DNA of 59,884 nt. Origin: Candidatus Micrarchaeota archaeon (GTDB taxonomy: Archaea; Micrarchaeota; Micrarchaeia; Norongarragalinales; Norongarragalinaceae). Positions 53,722 to 59,884 of the stretch are shown here, one piece after another. The translations under genes and the position numbers were made by a program. The stretch lies in contig JACRGH010000010.1 of the NCBI GenBank assembly GCA_016212375.1, positions 1-59,884 on the forward strand, given 5' to 3'. The notes under the pieces were generated by a model. That model saw only the letters and a list, made by a program, of their open reading frames with translations, made no database searches and was not told the origin of the DNA. How positions within the stretch are numbered: the first letter of the stretch is position 1; the number at the start of each line of letters is the position of its first letter.

Positions 53722-55053
53722 ATGGACCATAACACGCTCGTTCTGTTCGGCGCGACCGGAGATTTGACCCAGCGTAAGCTGCTTCCCGCCATTTGGAGCG
53801 GCTACATGAACGGCCGCTTTGTGAACACGGACATCATCGGCATCGGCCGTAAAAATTGGGGAACCGAAGGCTTCCGCTCGCACGCACGGGATGCATGTCG
53901 GCCGAGTAACGACGCCCGGTGGAGCGCGTTTGAACAAAAACTGGAATTTTTCCAAACGGATGTAGAGGACAAAAAATCATTTGACGCGCTGTGCCACCAC
54001 TTGGAAACCAGACAAAACCTGTTGTTCATGCTGGCCACGTTGCCGGAATTGTTCCCAAAAATTACGGAACGGATTGCCAAAATAAAAAACGCCGGATTCA
54101 AACGCGTCATGATCGAAAAGCCGTTCGGTCACGACGTCAAGTCGGCCAAATCACTCCACCGCCTCCTCAGCAAGCATTTTGGCGACCAAGTGTATCCCAT
54201 CGACCATTACCTGGGAAAATCAACGGTGCGTAACATCATGGTGTTGCGTTTTTCGAACCCCCTGTTCGAACCGGTGTGGAACCACAAATACATCGACAAC
54301 GTCCAGATTATCCAGAGCGAAGACCAAGGAACCAGCCGGCGGATTGAATTTTATGACAAGACGGGCGCGCTTCAGGATATGGTCCAGTCACACTTATTGC
54401 AAATGTTGGCGCGGGTGGCGATGGAACCGCCCAAAACATGGGCACCGCTGTCCGTGTCTGCGGCAAAGGCCAACGTTCTGAAAAAAGCACGGCCGTCCGA
54501 ACAGGTGGTTTTCGGCCAGTATGCCGGATACGAATCGGAAGTGGGCCATCCGACGGATACGGAAACGTTCGTCGCGCTCAAGGCATTTGTCGACACTCCG
54601 CGTTGGAAAGGCGTGCCGTTTTATCTGCTTAGTGGTAAAAAGCTCGAAAAACGTTTTGCCGAGGTCATCATCACGTTCAAGCCGGCGCACTATATGGACC
54701 AACAGACGCTCAAAGACACGCTGACCATCACGTTGCAACCGGATGAAAAATTTGCACTGTCGGTGAATCTCAAGGAAATCGGCCAGACCGAACTGAAGTC
54801 CTTCAAGATGGAGTATTGCCAGTCCTGCGATGTGCGGCCGAACGCCCCCCAGAATTACGAAATCCTGTTCCAGGAAGCCCTATTGGGCAAAAAGACGTTT
54901 TTTGCCTCATGGAAGGAAATCGAAGCCTGTTGGAAATTCGTGGACGCCGTGCAGAACAAAGTCCGGGGGCAAAAACCGCTGAAATACGCGGAAGGAAGCA
55001 AAGGCCCGCAGACGGCCGCATCCATTACCGAGTGGAAGGATTACGTCGGCTGA
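53722..55053 (+). CDS. zwf: glucose-6-phosphate 1-dehydrogenase (classical Zwf type)
   Basis: LFGATGDLTQRKLLPA, MIEKPFGHD and PIDHYLGKSTVRNIMVLRFSN are signature motifs of the Zwf family. Confidence 0.92.
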   Translation: MDHNTLVLFGATGDLTQRKLLPAIWSGYMNGRFVNTDIIGIGRKNWGTEGFRSHARDACRPSNDARWSAFEQKLEFFQTDVEDKKSFDALCHHLETRQNLLFMLATLPELFPKITERIAKIKNAGFKRVMIEKPFGHDVKSAKSLHRLLSKHFGDQVYPIDHYLGKSTVRNIMVLRFSNPLFEPVWNHKYIDNVQIIQSEDQGTSRRIEFYDKTGALQDMVQSHLLQMLARVAMEPPKTWAPLSVSAAKANVLKKARPSEQVVFGQYAGYESEVGHPTDTETFVALKAFVDTPRWKGVPFYLLSGKKLEKRFAEVIITFKPAHYMDQQTLKDTLTITLQPDEKFALSVNLKEIGQTELKSFKMEYCQSCDVRPNAPQNYEILFQEALLGKKTFFASWKEIEACWKFVDAVQNKVRGQKPLKYAEGSKGPQTAASITEWKDYVG

Positions 55054-55178
55054 AACGGACCAACAGCAACCAATCAAAAAATGCCAATTTATGAATCCAC
55101 CGGAGCGGACATCGTCCAACGGCTTAAAAAACGCCCCCGCCTTTAGCTCGCTTAGCAATAAAAAAAGTGCAAACAACC

Positions 55179-55757
55179 ATGGCCATGTTCGACCAATTCA
55201 TCTACGCATTTGTCACGCTATTTGTCATATTGGACCCGTTCGCGAGCATACCGGCATTTTTGACGCTCACGCGCAAGTTGTCCGATGAAGACCGCCGGGC
55301 GGTGGCGCACAAAGCGGTTTTGTTGGCAGGCATTTTGGCATTCGTGTTTTTGTTTTCGGGTCAGACCATCCTGAACATGCTCGGGGTTTCATTAAGCTCG
55401 TTCAAGATTGCCGGCGGAATCGTTCTGGGCCTGATGGGATTGGAAACCATATTGGGGTTCGAAATCAACGGCAACAAAGAAAAGGACAACGACTCCATTG
55501 CAGTGCTCATCGCCACCCCCCTGCTCACCGGTCCGGGCGTCATCACCACATCCATCCTGTTGGGCCATCAAGTGGGCCTGATGGTCACGGCGGCCGCCGC
55601 CTTCTTGGCCCTCGCATTGGCGTTCATCATCCTGCATTTTGCGCCCCGTCTCCACAAGGTGCTCGGCGAAAAAACCATCAACGTCTTTTCCAAAATCATG
55701 GGATTGATGCTGTTGGCGCTGGCGGTTGAGTTCATTAGGACGGGAATGGCGGGATAA
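55179..55757 (+). CDS. MarC-family (UPF0056) integral membrane protein
   Basis: FIYAFVTLFVILDPFASIPAFLTLT N-terminal motif and about 6 TM helices. The ORF-track start at 55167 is a GTG. Confidence 0.85.
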   Translation: MAMFDQFIYAFVTLFVILDPFASIPAFLTLTRKLSDEDRRAVAHKAVLLAGILAFVFLFSGQTILNMLGVSLSSFKIAGGIVLGLMGLETILGFEINGNKEKDNDSIAVLIATPLLTGPGVITTSILLGHQVGLMVTAAAAFLALALAFIILHFAPRLHKVLGEKTINVFSKIMGLMLLALAVEFIRTGMAG

Positions 55758-55816
55758 CCCGGAAAAGAATAGCGTTTTATTATGACCCGCAGTTGGAATT
55801 GCAAGGTGCCTTTTTC

Positions 55817-56581
55817 ATGACGGAAGAACGAATAAGTAAAACCCAAAGCGAGGAAAAAAAACCCACTAGGAGGCTACTGAGCGATGCGGCCATTTTGAAG
55901 CACACCATAAAAAGCATTTTCGGAAGCCCGAATGAATCCATGGTATTCCGGAATAAATACGGAAGAAAAGCATACTTATCCATTTTGCAGGCGCATTTGG
56001 AACAAAAAAAATGGTTTGCCGAACATTCCATGACATTTTCAAGCAAAGGCGGTGGAAAAAAACAAAATCCAGTCATAGCAAATACGGATCCGCGAGAGGA
56101 CTGGCTTCACGATCGTGGGCCGGGCAAAGAACGATACGTGGCCGTTTTTGAGAGTGCTTTGGCATCCCATCCGGCCATGCGCGAGGTCATCTTGGAAAGT
56201 GACAACCCTTGGAAAACGGCGGAAATCATCTTCCACAATGGAAGCCGAATCGTACCCACGCGATATAACCTTGCCGCTCAAAACGAGGGAAAAATCATTA
56301 ACATTCTGGCGAAACTGGCAAAAAACGAACAAGACATCAAACACATCGGCAACATTCTTCATGAAGGGGATGAGACCAATCCGGAAAATCATGTACCGGA
56401 AGGAATCAACGGATTGGTGTATCTGATCGCAGACGAACACAAAGCCACCGTTCACCAATGGCTCAACCTCATTCGACTGGCTAAACAAAAACGAGTGTCC
56501 ATTCAGCGTGTCCGCGCCCACGCACATGACTCCGGAATTGAAAGCGCATTTGAAGAGCTCCGTAAACGAAAGGACATGTGA
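55817..56581 (+). CDS. hypothetical protein
   Basis: 254 aa from the ATG at 55817. No recognisable motif. The stop overlaps the next ORF's start by 4 nt. Confidence 0.55.
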   Translation: MTEERISKTQSEEKKPTRRLLSDAAILKHTIKSIFGSPNESMVFRNKYGRKAYLSILQAHLEQKKWFAEHSMTFSSKGGGKKQNPVIANTDPREDWLHDRGPGKERYVAVFESALASHPAMREVILESDNPWKTAEIIFHNGSRIVPTRYNLAAQNEGKIINILAKLAKNEQDIKHIGNILHEGDETNPENHVPEGINGLVYLIADEHKATVHQWLNLIRLAKQKRVSIQRVRAHAHDSGIESAFEELRKRKDM

Positions 56582-56904
56582 ACGTCCAGCGTAGAAAACA
56601 AAAAACTGAATTCCCCTCCCGCGGGGTTATGGGTAAAACTCCGGATATGACATCCAAACGCGCCATTGACGCCATCCGTTCCCGCAACGCCCGCGTGGAA
56701 GCCGACAAGGCCTGGGAAACGTCCTGGACGCGCCGATTGATTATCGCCGCCATCACTTACATCCTAGCTTCCGCCCTGTTGGTCTGGATTCGCGCCCCTC
56801 AACCGTTTTTGGCCGCCTTGGTGCCCACATTGGGCTACGTACTTTCGACGCTGACGCTGCCGTTTGCCAAACAGTATTGGCTCGAAAACATCCGGAAAAA
56901 ATAG
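56578..56904 (+). CDS. hypothetical two-TM membrane protein
   Basis: 108-aa ORF with a basic N-terminus, a KAWETSWTRR motif, then two hydrophobic helices. Start uncertain. Confidence 0.5.
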   Translation: MNVQRRKQKTEFPSRGVMGKTPDMTSKRAIDAIRSRNARVEADKAWETSWTRRLIIAAITYILASALLVWIRAPQPFLAALVPTLGYVLSTLTLPFAKQYWLENIRKK

Positions 56905-56938
56905 AAGGCATAGTCGCCGCCGATACGGTCAGACCACG

Positions 56939-57943
56939 TTAAGCCAACGATTCCAGCATCACGCATTTTCGGCAGACTGACGACGAGCTGTGCTCGCCGC
57001 AAACCGTGCAAGTGCCGGCTTTTCGTTCGGATTCGACCACGGCTGGAAGCTTTTGCTTGAGAGCCAAAAACGAGGCTAGGACGTTGAACTTGGAACCAGG
57101 ATGCTTTTGCTCGACTTGGTTGAGGAAGTCCTTGACTTGGCCGCGGAAGGCTTCCTGCGAATACGGGCATTCCGCCAAATGGAAGGGCAGGTCATTGACG
57201 ACGCAATACAAGGCGCATTCTTTTTCCAAGTTGTAGACCAGGGGTTTGACGCGTTGGACGAATTTTTCCTGATTGCCTAAGCCGGATACGACGCCGAAAC
57301 GCTCAAACCCTTTGACATCGGCACGCAAGGCGTTCATCAAAAAGGTCTGCGCCACGTCGTCCGCATTGTGCCCCACGGCAAGTTTGTTGGCACCGACTTT
57401 CCGGGCGGCCTGGTTGAGGCTGTCTTTGCGGAGCACGCCGCACACGCCGCACGAAGTAAATGACAACTGGCGCTCATCCCGCAGGACCATGATTTCGTCC
57501 AACGTGTGACCGGCGACTTCTTGGTAGGAAACAATGGTCAACTCCAAACCCAGGCTTTGGCATAGCTCTTCCGCTTTTTTGGTGGCCAAATTCCGGTAGC
57601 CTTCGATGCCCTCATCAATCAGCACCGGTTTGACCGTAAAGCGGCCTTTTTTGGACATTTTGTACAAGACGTACAAAAGTGCGGCGCTGTCTTTCCCACC
57701 CGAAACTCCGACAGCCACCACATCGTCGTTGCCGAACATGTTGAAATCGCGGTTGGCCTTTGAAACGCGCCGCTCGAACAGCCGGCTGAAGCAAGTCCCA
57801 CAGAGGTCCAGATTGGCATAGTCCAACCGGAGGACGGCTTGTTGTTTGCAATGGCCGCAGGAAACAGTAGCCCCAAGCGTAAGCGGATTAGGGGCGGGTT
57901 CAGATGCAATGGGAATGGGATTCATTGACCCCAATGGTGGCAA
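56939..57943 (-). CDS. PP-loop tRNA 2-thiolation protein (TtuA/Ncs6/NcsA family)
   Basis: N-terminal CxxC...CxxC zinc finger, PP-loop VGVSGGKDSAALLY, and C-terminal CTVCGEHSSSSVCRKC zinc finger. An alternative ATG lies at 57925. Confidence 0.88.
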   Translation of the reverse strand: MPPLGSMNPIPIASEPAPNPLTLGATVSCGHCKQQAVLRLDYANLDLCGTCFSRLFERRVSKANRDFNMFGNDDVVAVGVSGGKDSAALLYVLYKMSKKGRFTVKPVLIDEGIEGYRNLATKKAEELCQSLGLELTIVSYQEVAGHTLDEIMVLRDERQLSFTSCGVCGVLRKDSLNQAARKVGANKLAVGHNADDVAQTFLMNALRADVKGFERFGVVSGLGNQEKFVQRVKPLVYNLEKECALYCVVNDLPFHLAECPYSQEAFRGQVKDFLNQVEQKHPGSKFNVLASFLALKQKLPAVVESERKAGTCTVCGEHSSSSVCRKCVMLESLA

Positions 57944-57966
57944 AACCGGTTCTTTAAAACGGCGCT

Positions 57967-58572
57967 TTGCCTAAATGTATCCCCATGGTATTGGATGGAA
58001 TTGAAACCGGATTGATTGCCTGGATTACCCAACTCATGCATTCCATGGGAGGATTCGGCATCCTCATCGGCATGTTTTTGGAGTCCTCCATCGTGCCGAT
58101 TCCGTCGGAGGCCATCTTGGTGACCGCCGGCGCCATCGGTTTTACGCCCTGGGAAGTGGCCTTTTGGGGCACCATAGGTTCCACGTTGGGCGCCATGGTG
58201 GGCTATTACATCGGACTGAAAGGCGGCCGGCCCGTGGTGGACAAATTCGGACCCTACTTGCTCGTCACGCCGGATAAGGTGGAGCGCGCGGAAACCGCAT
58301 TCAAAAAATACGGCGGCATGACCATCTTGGTATCCCGGCTGATTCCGTTCGTGCCATTCAAAGTCTTTTCCATCACCTCCGGTCTTTTGAAGTTTGATTT
58401 CAAGACGTTCGTGATTTTCACGTTCATCGGCACCATTCCGCGTGCATTCTTGCTAGCCTACCTGGGCACCCAGATTATCCAGTACCAACAATACTTCTAC
58501 GTCTTCATCGCCGGAATCATCGTCGCGGGCCTGATGGCGTATTACTTGAATAAGAAGTACAAGTGGTTTTGA
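57967..58572 (+). CDS. DedA-family membrane protein
   Basis: GMFLESSIVPIPSEAILVTAGA and RLIPFVPFKVFSITSG are typical DedA/SNARE-associated motifs. Confidence 0.88.
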   Translation: MPKCIPMVLDGIETGLIAWITQLMHSMGGFGILIGMFLESSIVPIPSEAILVTAGAIGFTPWEVAFWGTIGSTLGAMVGYYIGLKGGRPVVDKFGPYLLVTPDKVERAETAFKKYGGMTILVSRLIPFVPFKVFSITSGLLKFDFKTFVIFTFIGTIPRAFLLAYLGTQIIQYQQYFYVFIAGIIVAGLMAYYLNKKYKWF

Positions 58573-59244
58573 ATGGAAATGGGCAAACGGCTCATCAAAA
58601 CACTCGAACGGGCATTTCCAAAAGATGATGAACGGCGAACAGCTTCGGGAATCGTTGAGTTCCTTCCGGGAAAAAAGCACGGCGACCTAGTCGAATCCGC
58701 CCGACTGAATTTGGCCGAAATGAAAAAATGGCAAAAAAATCAGGACGCGCAATGGGGCCATTACCGCGTAGCACATGGCGGGCAGTTTCTTGAGAGCGCC
58801 CCGATGGCGTGGCATTTTTATAAAGACTCGGCCCACATGGGCGCTCAAGAAATGCATTCTGACGCTTGGAATCCCATCGCGTATCTCGGATTTCAATTGT
58901 ACAATAAACGTGGGCGGATTATGGCGAGGATAACGCACCTCCATTTGATGGTTGCGTTTCGAAATCCAACGGTACAGATTATGGCCGAATTAGGGAAAAA
59001 CCCGATGGCCCACTTGCTTGAGAAATTCAAGGAAATGGCGGAACGAAAGGGTTGGCATCCGGAAGGAATGGTTCCGGACTACCACACGAAAGATTGGGAC
59101 GGGAAAACGGTCGAAAAACCGACGTACGATCGTGAGGGTCCCGACCATGACTATGGATCGACTGGGCCAGAAGTGGAAAAGGCGTATTTTGAAGCCGGTT
59201 GGCGGAAAAAAAACAGCGTTTTTATCCCTCAACAACAAAGATGA
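58573..59244 (+). CDS. hypothetical protein
   Basis: 223-aa ORF that starts immediately after the DedA stop and overlaps the Nudix ATG (ATGA). No motif recognised. Confidence 0.55.
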   Translation: MEMGKRLIKTLERAFPKDDERRTASGIVEFLPGKKHGDLVESARLNLAEMKKWQKNQDAQWGHYRVAHGGQFLESAPMAWHFYKDSAHMGAQEMHSDAWNPIAYLGFQLYNKRGRIMARITHLHLMVAFRNPTVQIMAELGKNPMAHLLEKFKEMAERKGWHPEGMVPDYHTKDWDGKTVEKPTYDREGPDHDYGSTGPEVEKAYFEAGWRKKNSVFIPQQQR

Positions 59245-59720
59245 ACGTGAAAAATTTGACCCAACACCGCAAATCCGTCGGCATCGTCCTGTACCGAGAA
59301 GCCCAAGGCGAAAAAACCGGCAAGTACAAAACCACCACGGATGAGTGCCAAGGCCGCCAATACCTCCTGCTCTACTACGCCGCCGGGCATTGGGACTTTC
59401 CCAAAGGGGGCCAGGAAGCGGGAGAGAGCGATGAGCAGACGTTGCGTCGGGAGCTCAAGGAGGAAACCGGAATTGAAAAAATCGACATCATCCCGATTTT
59501 CACGCATGAACTATCCTATTTTTTCCGAGAACAAGGCGAGCTCATCCGCAAAACGGTCGTGTTTTACCTGGGCCGCACGAGCCAGGCCGAGGTCAAACTT
59601 TCATTTGAGCACAAAGACTTCGCCTGGCTTTCCTACGATGAGGCCATGGCCAAATTGACGCATAAGAACGCGAAAAGCCTGTTGGAAAAGGCGGATGCGC
59701 TCTTGGACAATGGCGCATAG
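59241..59720 (+). CDS. NUDIX hydrolase
   Basis: Nudix box GGQEAGESDEQTLRRELKEETGI. The ATG at 59241 overlaps the upstream stop. Confidence 0.85.
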   Translation: MNVKNLTQHRKSVGIVLYREAQGEKTGKYKTTTDECQGRQYLLLYYAAGHWDFPKGGQEAGESDEQTLRRELKEETGIEKIDIIPIFTHELSYFFREQGELIRKTVVFYLGRTSQAEVKLSFEHKDFAWLSYDEAMAKLTHKNAKSLLEKADALLDNGA

Positions 59721-59884
59721 CCGTTTTAACCCAAACCGTCAAAAGGTAGTGGTCCCGTTTAGCGTTGGTGAATTCGGGAACCGAAAAATTTTTCGCCTTT
59801 GACGACGTGGCTTTTCCAACAATCGTTGTGCAATGATTGGAAAAACCAACGCCGCGGCTCAAAGGCGATAGTAGTGAACCCCAC

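Noticed and set aside
1-59884. Scan for rRNA, tRNA, CRISPR arrays, transposases, integrases and classic defence genes (cas, restriction-modification, and the like)
   Set aside because: None was recognised by eye. Only three toxin-antitoxin-type cassettes were found. Absence cannot be proven without covariance-model and profile searches.

Overview
About 60 kb of gene-dense chromosome with roughly 85 protein genes. I recognised no rRNA, tRNA, CRISPR array, transposase or integrase. All calls come from reading motifs in the supplied translations and sequence; no database search was possible.

The segment reads as archaeal: it encodes aCPSF1 (KH + beta-CASP), a proteasome beta subunit, ribosomal protein uL16/L10e, deoxyhypusine synthase, a split transketolase, archaeal-type UMP kinase and ScpA. 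Genes use GGAGGTG-type Shine-Dalgarno sites and often have ATGA/TTGA start-stop overlaps.

Housekeeping content:
- An ilvC-ilvE-panB-panC operon.
- A pentose-phosphate gene set (rpiB, rpe, tal, split tkt, and a distant zwf) interleaved with toxin-antitoxin cassettes.
- A dys-aguB-aguA polyamine/hypusine operon.
- pgk, pyrH, sufS and a TtuA/Ncs6-type tRNA thiolase.

Most unusual region: the reverse-strand block at 1-11632.
- It is a long run of envelope genes: a C25-like peptidase, several mini membrane peptides, a CCxHH membrane protein, CcdA, a CopG/DUF411-like protein, thioredoxin/DsbA-like proteins and a BlaI/BlaR1 pair.
- Three consecutive membrane-anchored proteins in it end in the identical tail PNQVGGC-stop. 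A fourth ends in a version of that tail differing at its last codon by one base.
- All four share a related N-terminal anchor motif.
- An unannotated 54-aa zinc-ribbon-like ORF is translationally coupled inside this run.

Other notable signals:
- Two diverged copies of a hairpin-rich intergenic module (31.57-31.76 kb and 52.38-52.55 kb) with compensatory arm changes.
- Two relic gene ends with synonymous divergence (a PfkB N-terminus and an aCPSF1 C-terminus), which suggest recombination scars.
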